Positions 13,801-28,810 of a stretch of DNA of 64,000 nucleotides are shown piece after piece (position 1 is the first letter of the stretch; every line of letters begins with the position of its first letter). The translations under genes were made by a program, and so were the position numbers. The DNA lies in NCBI GenBank assembly GCA_964016885.1, contig OZ024745.1, positions 100,254,001-100,318,000 on the forward strand, read 5' to 3'. The notes beneath the pieces are model-generated. The model saw only the letters and a list, made by a program, of their open reading frames with translations. It made no database searches and was not told the DNA's origin. The DNA is from Eledone cirrhosa. Taxonomy: Eukaryota.

Positions 13801-16800
13801 TATATTGTAGAGTTTACTGTGGCAGTGTAGGACATGATAGGAACATAAGATATATTGTAGAGTTTACTGTGGAAGCGTAGGAAATGAGTTTACTGTGGCA
13901 GTGTAGGACATGATAGGAACATAGGATATATTGTAGAGTTTACTGTGGCAGTGTAGGACATGATAGGAACATAGGATATATTGTAGAGTTTACTGTGGCA
14001 GTGTAGGACAGGATAGGAAGATAGGATATATTTTAGAGTTTACTGTGGCAGAGTAGGACAAGATAGGTACATAAGATATATTGTAGAGTTTACTGTGGTA
14101 GTGTAGGACATGTTAGGAACATAGAATATATTGTAGAGTATACTGTGGCCGTTTAAGACATGATAGGAACATAGGATATATTGTAGAGTTTACTGTGGCA
14201 GTGTAGGACATGATAGGAACATAGGATATATTGTAGAGTTTACTGTGGCAGTGTAGGACATGGTAGGAACATAGAATATATTGTAGAGTTTACTGTGCCA
14301 GTGTAGGACATGATAGGAACATAGGATATATTGTAGAGTTTACTGTGCCAGTGTAGGACATAATAGGAACATAGTATATATTGTAGAGTTTACTGTGGCA
14401 GTGTAGGACATGATAGGAACATAGGATATATTGTAGAGTTTACTGTGCCAGTGTAGGACATGATAGGAACATAGGATATATTGTAGAGTTTACTGTGCCA
14501 GTGTAGGACATAATAGGAACATAGTATATATTGTAGAGTTTACTGTGGCAGTGTAGGACATGATAGGAACATAGTATATATTGTAGAGTTTACTGTGGCA
14601 GTGTAGGACATGATAGGAACATAGAATATATTGTAGAGTTTACTGTGGCAGTGTAGGACATGATAGGATATATCGTAGAGTTTACCGTGGCAGTGTAGGA
14701 CATGATAGGATATATCGTAGAGTTTACTGTGGCAGTGTAGGACACGATAGGACATGATAGGAACATAAGATAAATTGTAGAGTTTACTGTGCCAGTGTAG
14801 GACATGGTAGGAACATAGGATATATTGTAGAGTATACTGTGGCAGTGTAGGACACTGGTAGGAACATAGGATATATTGTAGAGTTTACTGTGGCAGTGTA
14901 GGACATGATAGGAACACAGGATATATTGTAGAGTTTACTGTGGCAGTGTAGGACAAGATAGGAGCATAGGATATATTGTAGAGTTTACTGTGGCAGTGTA
15001 GGACATGATAGGAACATAGGATATATTGTAGAATTTACTGTGGCAGTGTATGACATGATAGCAACATAGGATATATTGTAGAGTTTACTGTGGCAGTGTA
15101 AGACATGGTAGGAACATAGGATATATTGTAGAGTTTACTGTGGCAGTGTAGGACATGATAGGAACATAAGATATATTGTAGAGTTTACTGTGGCAGTGTA
15201 GGACATGATAGGAACATAAGATATATTGTAGAGTTTACTGTGGAAGTGTAGGAAATGAGTTTACTGTGGCAGTGTAGGACATGATAGGAACATAGGATAT
15301 ATTGTAGAGTTTACTGTGGCAGTGTAGGACATGATAGGAACATAGGATATATTGTAGAGTTTACTGTGGCAGTGTAGGACAGGATAGGAAGATAGGATAT
15401 ATTGTAGAGTTTACTGTGGCAGTGTAGGACATGATAGAAACATAGTATATACTGTAGAGTATACTGTGCAGTGTAGGACATGATAGGAACATAGGATATA
15501 TGTTAGAGTTTACTGTGCCAGTGTAGGACATGGTAGGAACATAGGATATATTGTAGAGTTTACTGTGGCAGAGTAGGACAAGATAGGTACATAAGATATA
15601 TTGTAGAGTTTACTGTGGTAGTGTAGGACATGTTAGGAACATAGAATATATTGTAGAGTATACTGTGGCCGTTTAAGACATGATAGGAACATAGGATATA
15701 TTGTAGAGTTTACTGTGGCAGTGTAGGACATGATAGGAACATAGGATATATTGTAGAGTTTACTGTGGCAGTGTAGGACATGGTAGGAACATAGGATATA
15801 TTGTAGAGTTTACTGTGCCAGTGTAGGACATGATAGGAACATAGGATATATTGTAGAGTTTACTGTGCCAGTGTAGGACATAATAGGAACATAGTATATA
15901 TTGTAGAGTTTACTGTGGCAGTGTAGGACATGATAGGAACATAGTATATATTGTAGAGTTTACTGTGGCAGTGTAGGACATGATAGGAACATAGAATATA
16001 TTGTAGAGTTTACTGTGGCAGTGTAGGACATGATAGGATATATCGTAGAGTTTACCGTGGCAGTGTAGGACATGATAGGATATATCGTAGAGTTTACTGT
16101 GGCAGTGTAGGACACGATAGGACATGATAGGAACATAAGATAAATTGTAGAGTTTACTGTGCCAGTGTAGGACATGGTAGGAACATAGGATATATTGTAG
16201 AGTATACTGTGCCAGTGTAGGACACTGGTAGGAACATAGGATATATTGTAGAGTTTACTGTGGAACTGTAGGACATGATAGGAACACAGGATATATTGTA
16301 GAGTTTACTGTGGCAGTGTAGGACAAGATAGGAACATAGGATATATTGTAGAGTTTACTGTGGAAGTGTAGGACATGATAGGAACACAGGATATATTGTA
16401 GTGTTTACTGTGGCAGTGTAGGACATGATAGGAACATAGGATATATTGTAGAGTATACTGTGGCAGTGTAGGACACTGGTAGGAACATAGGATATATTGT
16501 AGAGTTTACTGTGGAAGTGTAGGACATGATAGGAACACAGGATATATTGTAGAGTTTACTGTGGCAGTGTAGGACAAGATAGGAACATAGGATATATTGT
16601 AGAGTTTACTGTGGAAGTGTAGGACATGATAGGAACACAGGATATATTGTAGTGTTTACTGTGGCAGTGTAGGACATGATAGGAACATAGGATATATTGT
16701 AGAATTTACTGTGGCAGTGTATGACATGATAGCAACATAGGATATATTGTAGAGTTTACTGTGGCAGTGTAAGACATGGTAGGAACATAGGATATATTGT

Positions 16801-19800
16801 AGAGTTTACTGTGGCAGTGTAGGACATGATAGGAACATAAGATATATTGTAGAGTTTACTGTGGCAGTGTAGGACATGATAGGAACATAAGATATATTGT
16901 AGAGTTTACTGTGGAAGCGTAGGAAATGAGTTTACTGTGGCAGTGTAGGACATGATAGGAACATAGGATATATTGTAGAGTTTACTGTGGCAGTGTAGGA
17001 CATGATAGGAACATAGGATATATTGTAGAGTTTACTGTGGCAGTGTAGGACAGGATAGGAAGATAGGATATATTTTAGAGTTTACTGTGGCAGAGTAGGA
17101 CAAGATAGGTACATAAGATATATTGTAGAGTTTACTGTGGTAGTGTAGGACATGTTAGGAACATAGAATATATTGTAGAGTATACTGTGGCCGTTTAAGA
17201 CATGATAGGAACATAGGATATATTGTAGAGTTTACTGTGGCAGTGTAGGACATGATAGGAACATAGGATATATTGTAGAGTTTACTGTGGCAGTGTAGGA
17301 CATGGTAGGAACATAGAATATATTGTAGAGTTTACTGTGCCAGTGTAGGACATGATAGGAACATAGGATATATTGTAGAGTTTACTGTGCCAGTGTAGGA
17401 CATAATAGGAACATAGTATATATTGTAGAGTTTACTGTGGCAGTGTAGGACATGATAGGAACATAGGATATATTGTAGAGTTTACTGTGCCAGTGTAGGA
17501 CATGATAGGAACATAGGATATATTGTAGAGTTTACTGTGCCAGTGTAGGACATAATAGGAACATAGTATATATTGTAGAGTTTACTGTGGCAGTGTAGGA
17601 CATGATAGGAACATAGTATATATTGTAGAGTTTACTGTGGCAGTGTAGGACATGATAGGAACATAGAATATATTGTAGAGTTTACTGTGGCAGTGTAGGA
17701 CATGATAGGATATATCGTAGAGTTTACCGTGGCAGTGTAGGACATGATAGGATATATCGTAGAGTTTACTGTGGCAGTGTAGGACACGATAGGACATGAT
17801 AGGAACATAAGATAAATTGTAGAGTTTACTGTGCCAGTGTAGGACATGGTAGGAACATAGGATATATTGTAGAGTATACTGTGGCAGTGTAGGACACTGG
17901 TAGGAACATAGGATATATTGTAGAGTTTACTGTGGCAGTGTAGGACATGATAGGAACACAGGATATATTGTAGAGTTTACTGTGGCAGTGTAGGACAAGA
18001 TAGGAGCATAGGATATATTGTAGAGTTTACTGTGGCAGTGTAGGACATGATAGGAACATAGGATATATTGTAGAATTTACTGTGGCAGTGTATGACATGA
18101 TAGCAACATAGGATATATTGTAGAGTTTACTGTGGCAGTGTAAGACATGGTAGGAACATAGGATATATTGTAGAGTTTACTGTGGCAGTGTAGGACATGA
18201 TAGGAACATAAGATATATTGTAGAGTTTACTGTGGCAGTGTAGGACATGATAGGAACATAAGATATATTGTAGAGTTTACTGTGGAAGTGTAGGAAATGA
18301 GTTTACTGTGGCAGTGTAGGACATGATAGGAACATAGGATATATTGTAGAGTTTACTGTGGCAGTGTAGGACATGATAGGAACATAGGATATATTGTAGA
18401 GTTTACTGTGGCAGTGTAGGACAGGATAGGAAGATAGGATATATTGTAGAGTTTACTGTGGCAGTGTAGGACATGATAGAAACATAGTATATACTGTAGA
18501 GTATACTGTGCAGTGTAGGACATGATAGGAACATAGGATATATGTTAGAGTTTACTGTGCCAGTGTAGGACATGGTAGGAACATAGGATATATTGTAGAG
18601 TTTACTGTGGCAGAGTAGGACAAGATAGGTACATAAGATATATTGTAGAGTTTACTGTGGTAGTGTAGGACATGTTAGGAACATAGAATATATTGTAGAG
18701 TATACTGTGGCCGTTTAAGACATGATAGGAACATAGGATATATTGTAGAGTTTACTGTGGCAGTGTAGGACATGATAGGAACATAGGATATATTGTAGAG
18801 TTTACTGTGGCAGTGTAGGACATGGTAGGAACATAGGATATATTGTAGAGTTTACTGTGCCAGTGTAGGACATGATAGGAACATAGGATATATTGTAGAG
18901 TTTACTGTGCCAGTGTAGGACATAATAGGAACATAGTATATATTGTAGAGTTTACTGTGGCAGTGTAGGACATGATAGGAACATAGTATATATTGTAGAG
19001 TTTACTGTGGCAGTGTAGGACATGATAGGAACATAGAATATATTGTAGAGTTTACTGTGGCAGTGTAGGACATGATAGGATATATCGTAGAGTTTACCGT
19101 GGCAGTGTAGGACATGATAGGATATATCGTAGAGTTTACTGTGGCAGTGTAGGACACGATAGGACATGATAGGAACATAAGATAAATTGTAGAGTTTACT
19201 GTGCCAGTGTAGGACATGGTAGGAACATAGGATATATTGTAGAGTATACTGTGCCAGTGTAGGACACTGGTAGGAACATAGGATATATTGTAGAGTTTAC
19301 TGTGGAACTGTAGGACATGATAGGAACACAGGATATATTGTAGAGTTTACTGTGGCAGTGTAGGACAAGATAGGAACATAGGATATATTGTAGAGTTTAC
19401 TGTGGAAGTGTAGGACATGATAGGAACACAGGATATATTGTAGTGTTTACTGTGGCAGTGTAGGACATGATAGGAACATAGGATATATTGTAGAGTTTAC
19501 TGTGGCAGTGTAGGACATGATATGAACATAGGATATATTGTAGAGTTTACTGTGGCAGTGTAGGACAGGATAGGAAGATAGGATATATTGTAGAGTTTAC
19601 TGTGACAGTGTAGGACATGATAGGAACATAAGATATATTGTAGAGTTTACTGTGGCAGTGTAGGAGATGATAGGAACATAGGATATACTATAGAGTTTAC
19701 TGTGGCAGTGTAGGACATGATAGGTACATATGATGCATTGTAGATTTTACTGCGGCAGTGTAGGACATGATAGGAACATAATATATATTGTAGAGTTTAC

Positions 19801-22800
19801 TGTGGCAGTGTACGACATGATAGGGACATAGGATATGTTGTAGAGTTTACTGTGGCAGTGTAGGACAAGATAGGAACATAGGATATATTGTAGAGTTTAC
19901 TGTGGCAGAGTAGGACATTATAGGAATACACAGGATATATTGTAGAGTTTACTGTGGCAGAGTAGGACATGATAGGAACATAGGATATATTGTACAGTTT
20001 ACTGTGGCAGTGTAGGACATGATAGGAACATAAGATATATTGTAGAGTTTACTGTGTCAGAGTAGGACAAGATAGGTACATAAGATATATTGTAGAGTTT
20101 ACTGTGGTAGTGTAGGACATGTTAGGAACATAGAATATATTGTAGAGTATACTGTGGCCGTTTAAGACATGATAGGAACATAGGATATATTGTAGAGTTT
20201 TCTGTGGCAGTGTAGGACATGATAGGAACATAGGATATATTGTAGAGTTTACTGTGGCAGTGTAGGACATGGTAGGAACATAGGATATATTGTAGAGTTG
20301 ACTGTGCCAGTGTAGGACATGATAGGAACATAGGATATATTGTAGAGTTTACTGTGCCAGTGTAGGACATAATAGGAACATAGTATATATTGTAGAGTTT
20401 ACTGTGGCAGTGTAGGACATGATAGGAACATAGGATATATTGTAGAGTTTACTGTGCCAGTGTAGGACATGATAGGAACATAGGATATATTGTAGAGTTT
20501 ACTGTGCCAGTGTAGGACATAATAGGAACATAGTATATATTGTAGAGTTTACTGTGGCAGTGTAGGACATGATAGGAACATAGTATATATTGTAGAGTTT
20601 ACTGTGGCAGTGTAGGACATGATAGGAACATAGAATATATTGTAGAGTTTACTGTGGCAGTGTAGGACATGATAGGATATATCGTAGAGTTTACCGTGGC
20701 AGTGTAGGACATGATAGGATATATCGTAGAGTTTACTGTGGCAGTGTAGGACACGATAGGACATGATAGGAACATAAGATAAATTGTAGAGTTTACTGTG
20801 CCAGTGTAGGACATGGTAGGAACATAGGATATATTGTAGAGTATACTGTGGCAGTGTAGGACACTGGTAGGAACATAGGATATATTGTAGAGTTTACTGT
20901 GGAAGTGTAGGACATGATAGGAACACAGGATATATTGTAGAGTTTACTGTGGCAGTGTAGGACAAGATAGGAACATAGGATATATTGTAGAGTTTACTGT
21001 GGAAGTGTAGGACATGATAGGAACACAGGATATATTGTAGTGTTTACTGTGGCAGTGTAGGACATGATAGGAACATAGGATATATTGTAGAATTTACTGT
21101 GGCAGTGTATGACATGATAGCAACATAGGATATATTGTAGAGTTTACTGTGGCAGTGTAAGACATGGTAGGAACATAGGATATATTGTAGAGTTTACTGT
21201 GGCAGTGTAGGACATGATAGGAACATAAGATATATTGTAGAGTTTACTGTGGCAGTGTAGGACATGATAGGAACATAAGATATATTGTAGAGTTTACTGT
21301 GGAAGCGTAGGAAATGAGTTTACTGTGGCAGTGTAGGACATGATAGGAACATAGGATATATTGTAGAGTTTACTGTGGCAGTGTAGGACATGATAGGAAC
21401 ATAGGATATATTGTAGAGTTTACTGTGGCAGTGTAGGACAGGATAGGAAGATAGGATATATTGTAGAGTTTACTGTGACAGTGTAGGACATGATAGGAAC
21501 ATAAGATATATTGTAGAGTTTACTGTGGCAGTGTAGGAGATGATAGGAACATAGGATATACTATAGAGTTTACTGTGGCAGTGTAGGACATGATAGGTAC
21601 ATATGATGCATTGTAGAGTTTACTGCGGCAGTGTAGGACATGATAGGAACATAATATATATTGTAGAGTTTACTTTGGCAGTGTACGACATGATAGGGAC
21701 ATAGGATATGTTGTAGAGTTTACTGTGGCAGTGTAGGACATGATAGGAACATAGGATATATTGTAGAGTTTACTGTGGCAGAGTAGGACATTATAGGAAT
21801 ACACAGGATATATTGTAGAGTTTACTGTGGCAGAGTAGGACATGATAGGAACATAGGATATATTGTACAGTTTACTGTGGCAGTGTAGGACATGATAGGA
21901 ACATAAGATATATTGTAGAGTTTACTGTGGCAGAGTAGGAAAAGATAGGTACATAAGATATATTGTAGAGTTTACTGTGGTAGTGTAGGACATGTTAGGA
22001 ACATAGAATATATTGTAGAGTATACTGTGGCCGTTTAAGACATGATAGGAACATAGGATATATTGTAGAGTTTACTGTGGCAGTGTAGGACATGATAGGA
22101 ACATAGGATATATTGTAGAGTTTACTGTGGCAGTGTAGTACAGGATAGGAAGATAGGATATATTGTAGAGTTTACTGTGACAGTGTAGGACATGATAGGA
22201 ACATAGGATATATTGTAGAGTTTACTGTGGCAGTGTAGGACATGGTAGGAACATAGGATATATTGTAGAGTTTACTGTGACAGTGTAGGACATGATAGGA
22301 ACATAGGATATATTGTAGAGTTTACTGTGGCAGTGTGGGACATTATAGGAACATAGGATATATTGTAGAGTTTAGTGTGGCAGTGTATGACATGATAGCA
22401 ACATAGGATATATTGTAGAGTTTACTGTGGCAGTGTATGACATGATAGCAACATAGGATATATTGTAGAGTTTACTCTGGCAGTGTAGGAGATGATAGGA
22501 ACATAAGATATATTGTACAGTTTACTGTGGCAGTGTTGGACATGATAGGTACATTGGATATATTGTAGAGTTAACTGTGGCAGTGTATGACATGATAGCA
22601 ACATAGGATATATTGTAGACTTTACTGTGGCAGTGTAGGAGATGATAGGAACATAGGATATATTGTAGAGTTTACTGTGGGAGTGTAAGAGATGATAGGA
22701 ACATAGGATATATTGTAGAGTTTACTGTGGCAGTGTAGGACATGATAGAAACATAGTATATACTGTAGAGTATACTGTGCAGTGTAGGACATGATAGGAA

Positions 22801-25800
22801 CATAGGATATATGTTAGAGTTTACTGTGCCAGTGTAGGACATGGTAGGAATATAGGATATATTGTAGAGTATACTGTGGCAGTGTAGGACACTGGTAGGA
22901 ACATAGGATATATTGTAGAGTTTACTGTGGAAGTGTAGGACATGATAGGAACACAGGATATATTGTAGAGTTTACTGTGGCAGTGTAGGACATGGTAGGA
23001 ACATAGGATATATTGTAGAGTTTACTGTGCCAGTGTAGGACATGATAGGAACATAGGATATATTGTAGAGTTTACTGTGCCAGTGTAGGACATAATAAGA
23101 ACATAGTATATATTGTAGAGTTTACTGTGGCAGTGTAGGACATGATAGGAACATAGAATATATTGTAGAGTTTACTGTGGCAGTGTAGGACATGATAGGA
23201 TATATCGTAGAGTTTACCGTGGCAGTGTAGGACATGTGGGATATATCGTAGAGTTTACTGTGGCAGTGTAGGACACGATAGGACATGATAGGAACATAAG
23301 ATAAATTGTAGAGTTTACTGTGCCAGTGTAGGACATGGTAGGAACATAGGATATATTGTAGAGTATACTGTGGCAGTGTAGGACACTGGTAGGAACATAG
23401 GATATATTGTAGAGTTTACTGTGGAAGTGTAGGACATGATAGGAACACAGGATATATTGTAGAGTTTACTGTGGCAGTGTAGGACAAGATAGGAACATAG
23501 GATATATTGTAGAGTTTACTGTGGAAGTGTAGGACATGATAGGAACACAGGATATATTGTAGTGTTTACTGTGGCAGTGTAGGACATGATAGGAACATAG
23601 GATATATTGTAGAATTTACTGTGGCAGTGTATGACATGATAGCAACATAGGATATATTGTAGAGTTTACTGTGGCAGTGTTAGACATGGTAGGAACATAG
23701 GATATATTGTAGAGTTTACTGTGGCAGTGTAGGACATGATAGGAACATAAGATATATTGTAGAGTTTACTGTGGAAGTGTAGGAAATGAGTTTACTGTGG
23801 CAGTGTAGGACATGATAGGAACATAGGATATATTGTAGAGTTTACTGTGGCAGTGTAGGACATGATAGGAACATAGGATATATTGTAGAGTTTACTGTGG
23901 CAGTGTAGGACAGGATAGGAAGATAGGATATATTGTAGAGTTTACTGTGACAGTGTAGGACATGATAGGAACATAAGATATATTGTAGAGTTTACTGTGG
24001 CAGTGTAGGAGATGATAGGAACATAGGATATACTATAGAGTTTACTGTGGCAGTGTAGGACATGATAGGTACATATGATGCATTGTAGAGTTTACTGCGG
24101 CAGTGTAGGACATGATAGGAACATAATATATATTGTAGAGTTTACTGTGGCAGTGTACGACATGATAGGGACATAGGATATGTTGTAGAGTTTACTGTGG
24201 CAGTGTAGGACATGATAGGAACATAGGATATATTGTAGAGTTTACTGTGGCAGAGTAGGACATTATAGGAATACACAGGATATATTGTAGAGTTTACTGT
24301 GGCAGAGTAGAACATGATAGGAACATAGGATATATTTTACAGTTTACTGTGGCAGTGTAGGACATGATAGGAACATAAGATATATTGTAGCGTTTACTGT
24401 GGCAGAGTAGGACAAGATAGGTACATAAGATATATTGTAGAGTTTACTGTGGCAGTGTAGGACATGTTAGGAACATAGAATATATTGTAGAGTATACTGT
24501 GGCCGTTTAAGACATGATAGGAACATAGGATATATTGTAGAGTTTACTGTGGCAGTGTAGGACATGATAGGAACATAGGATATATTATAGAGTTTACTGT
24601 GGCAGTGTAGGACAGGATAGGAAGATAGGATATATTGTAGAGTTTACTGTGACAGTGTAGGACATGATAGGAACATAGGATATATTGTAGAGTTTATTGT
24701 GGCAGTGTAGGACATGGTAGGAACATAGGATATATTGTAGCGTTTACTGTGGCAGTGTAGGACCTGATAGGAACGTAGGATATATTGTAGAGTTTACTGT
24801 GGCAGTGTAGGACATGATAGGAACATAAGATATATTGTAGAGTTTACTGTGGCAGTGTAGGACATGATAGGAACATAGGATATATTGTAGAGTTTACTGT
24901 GGCATTGTAGGACATGATAGGAACATAGGATATATTGTAGAGTTTACTGTGGCAGTGTAGGACATGATAGGAAGATAAGATATATTGTAGAGTTTACTGT
25001 GGCAGTGTAGGACATGATAGGAACATAGGATATATTGTAGAGTTTATTGTGGCAGTGTAGGACATGGTAGGAACATAGGATATATTGTACAGTTTACTGT
25101 GGCAGTGTAGGACATGGTAGGAACATAGGATATATTGTAGAGTTTACTGTGGCAGTGTAGGACATGATAGGAAAATAGGATATATTGTAGAGTTTACTGT
25201 GGCAGTGTACGACATGATAGGGACATAGGATATATTGTAGAGTTTACTGTGGCAGTGTAGGAGATGATAGGAACATAGGTTATATTGTAGAGTTTACTGT
25301 GGCAGTGTAGGAGATGATAGGAACATAGGATATATTGTAGAGTTTACTGTGGCAGTGCAGGAGATGATATGAACATAGGATATATTGTAGAGTTTACTGT
25401 GGCAGAGTAGGACATGATAGGAACATAGGATATATTGTAGAGTTTACTGTGGCAGAGTAGGACATTATAGGAATACACAGGATATACTGTAGAGGTAACT
25501 GTGGCAGGGTAGTACATGATAGGAACATAGGATATATTGTAGAGTTTACTGTGGCAGTGGAGGAGATGATAGGAACATAGGTTATATTGTAGAGTTTACT
25601 GTGGTAGTGTAGGACATGATAGGAACATAGGATATATTGTAGAGTTTACTGTGGCAGTGTAGGACATGATAGGAACATAGGATATATTGTAGAGTTTACT
25701 GTGGTAGTGTAGGACATGATAGGAACATAGGATATATTGTAGAGTTTACTGTGGCAGTGCAGGAGATGATAGGAACATAGGATATATTGTAGAGTTTACT

Positions 25801-28328
25801 GTGGCAGTGCAGGAGATGATAGGAACATAGGATATATTGTAGAATTTACTGTGGCAGTGTAGGACATTATAGGAATACACAGGATATATTGTAGAGTTTA
25901 CTGTGGCAGTGTAGGACATGATAGGAACATAGGATATATTGTAGAGTTTACTGTGGCAGTGCAGGAGATGATAGGAACATAGGATATATTGTAGAGTTTT
26001 CTGTGGCAGAGTAGGACATTATAGGAATACACAGGATATATTGTAGAGTTTACTGTGGCAGTGTAGGACATGATAGGAACATAGGATATATTGTAGAGTT
26101 TACTGTGGCAGTGCAGGAGATGATAGGAACATAGGATATATTGTAGAGTTTACTGTGGCAGAGTAGGACATTATAGGAATACACAGGATATATTGTAGAG
26201 TTTACTGTGGCAGTGTAGGACATGATAGGTACATAGGATATATTGTAGAGTTTACTGTGGCAGTGTAGGACATGATAGGTACACAGGATATATCGTAGAA
26301 TTTACTGTGGCAGTGTAGGACATGATAGGAACATAAGATATATTGTAGAGTTTACTGTGGCAGTGTAGGACATGATAGGAACATAAGATATATTGTAGAG
26401 TTTACTGTGGCAGTGTAGGACATGATAGGTACATAGGATATATTGTAGAGTTTACTGTGGCAGTGTAGGACATGATAGGTACACAGGATATATCGTAGAG
26501 TTTACTGTGGCAGTGTAGAACATGATAGGGACATAGGATATATTGTAGAGTTTACTGTGGCAGTGTAGGACATGATAGGAACATAAGATATATTGTAGAG
26601 TTTACTGTGGCAGTGTAGGACATGATAGGTACACAGGATATATCGTAGAGTTTACTGTGGCAGTGTAGAACATGATAGGGACATAGGATATATTGTAGAG
26701 TTTTCTGTGGCAGTGTAGGACATGATAGGAACATAAGATATATTGTAGAGTTTACTGTGGCAGTGTAGGACATGATAGGAACATAAGATATATTGTAGAG
26801 TTTACTGTGGCAGGGTAGGACATGATAGGAACATAGGATATATTGTAGAGTTTACTGTGGCAGTGTAGGACATGATAGGAACATAGGATATATTGTAGAG
26901 TTTACTGTGGCAGTGTAGGACATGATAGGTACATAGGATATATTGTAGAGTTTACTGTGGCAGTGTAGGACATGATAGGTACACAGGATATATCGTAGAG
27001 TTTTCTGTGGCAGTGTAGGACATGATAGGAACATAGGATATATTGTAGAGTTTACTGTGGCAGTGTTGGACATGATAGGAACATAGGATATATTGTAGAG
27101 TTTACTGTTGCAGTGTAGGACATGATAGGAACGTAGGATATATTGTAGAGTTTACTGTGGCAGTGTTGGACATGATAGGTACATTGGATATATTGTAGAG
27201 TTTACTGTGGCAGTGTAGGACATGATAGGAACATAGGATATATTGTAGAGTTTACTGTGATAGTGTAGGACATGATAGTAACATAGGATATATTGTAGAG
27301 TTTACTGTGGCAGTGTAGGACATGATAGGAACATAGGATATATTGTAGAGTTTACTGTGGCAGTGTAGGACATGATAGGAACATAAGATATATTGTAGAG
27401 TTTACTGTGGCAGTGTAGGACATGATAGGAACATAGGATATATTGTAGAGTTTACTGCGGCAGTGTAGGACATGATAGGATCATAGGATATATTGTAGAG
27501 ATTACTGTGGTAGTGTAGGACATGATAGAAACGTAAGATATATTGTAGAGTTTACTGAGGCAGTGTAGGACATGATAGGAACATAGGATATATTGTAGAG
27601 TTTACTGTGGCAGTGTAGGACATGATAGGAACATAAGATATATTGTAGAGTTTACTGTGGCAGTGTAGGAGATGATAGGAACATAGGATATATTGTAGAG
27701 TTTACTGTGGCAGTGTGGGACATTATAGGAACATAGGATATATTGTAGAGTTTACTGTGGCAGTGTAGGACATGAAGGAACATAGGATATATTGTAGAGT
27801 TTACTGTGGCAGTGTAGGAGATGATAGGAACATAGGATATATTGTAGAGTTTACTGTGGCAGAGTAGCACATTATAGGAATACACAGGATATATTGTAGA
27901 GTTTACTGTGGCAGTGTAGTACATGATGGGAACATAGGATATATTGTACAGTTTACTGTGGCAGTGTAGGACATGATAGGAACATAAGATATATTGTAGA
28001 GTTTACTGTGGCAGAGTAGGACATGTTAGGAACATAGAATATATTGTAGAGTTTACTGTGGCAGTGTAGGACATGATAGGAACATAGGATATGTTGTAGA
28101 GTTTACTGTGGCAGTGTAGGACATGATAGTTACATAGGATATATTGTAGAGTTTACTGTGGCAGTGTAGGACATGATAGGTACACAGGATATATCGTAGA
28201 GTTTACTGTGGCAGTGTAGGACCTGATAGGAACGTAGGATATATTGTAGAGTTTACTGTGATAGTGTAGGACATGATAGGTACATAGCATATATTGTAGA
28301 GTTTACTGTGGCAGTGTAGGACATGATA

Positions 28329-28810
28329 TGTTTCTTTATTAGCCACAGGGGCACAAAAGAAGGGAACAAATACACAGGACATGATATGGAGGGAGTAGTG
28401 AGGTGCGTGTGTGGTGTGACATGGCAGATGAGGTTCTGGTTGAAGTGGGAGATTGAATGGGCTAGGAGTGTAGTGTTGAAAGGAGGAGATGGACTTGGGG
28501 AAGATGGCAGTTAAGGATGTAGACAGAGGCTAGCATGAGAGATGAGAATGTGTGGGGTTATGTTTTATGGATGTGGAAATGTAAGAAGCATGGTGGCTGT
28601 ATATGCAGAAACATTGAGAGACAAGGGACTGGAGACAGTGGCTGATGAAATGATATGACAGCAGAAATGGGGTTGGATGAAGATGAGTTGGGAGGAATGA
28701 GAAACACAAGGACAGTTAGAGGTACCTGAAGAGATGGCGAAATTTAAGCCGGAATAAAGATTCCAGATGAAAGGTTCGAGGTTTTCCATTATAGTGGAGT
28801 AAAGAAAGAA
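28329..28810 (-). mobile_element. 3' end of a second non-LTR element (probably Tx1-related), copy 1
   Basis: Non-satellite insert; minus strand is pyrimidine-rich and ends GGCTAATAAAGAAACA; terminal ~45 nt align with the terminus of the 1940-2713 element; possible ORF end LLHYNGKPRTFHLESLFRLKFRHLFRYL*. Confidence 0.6.
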
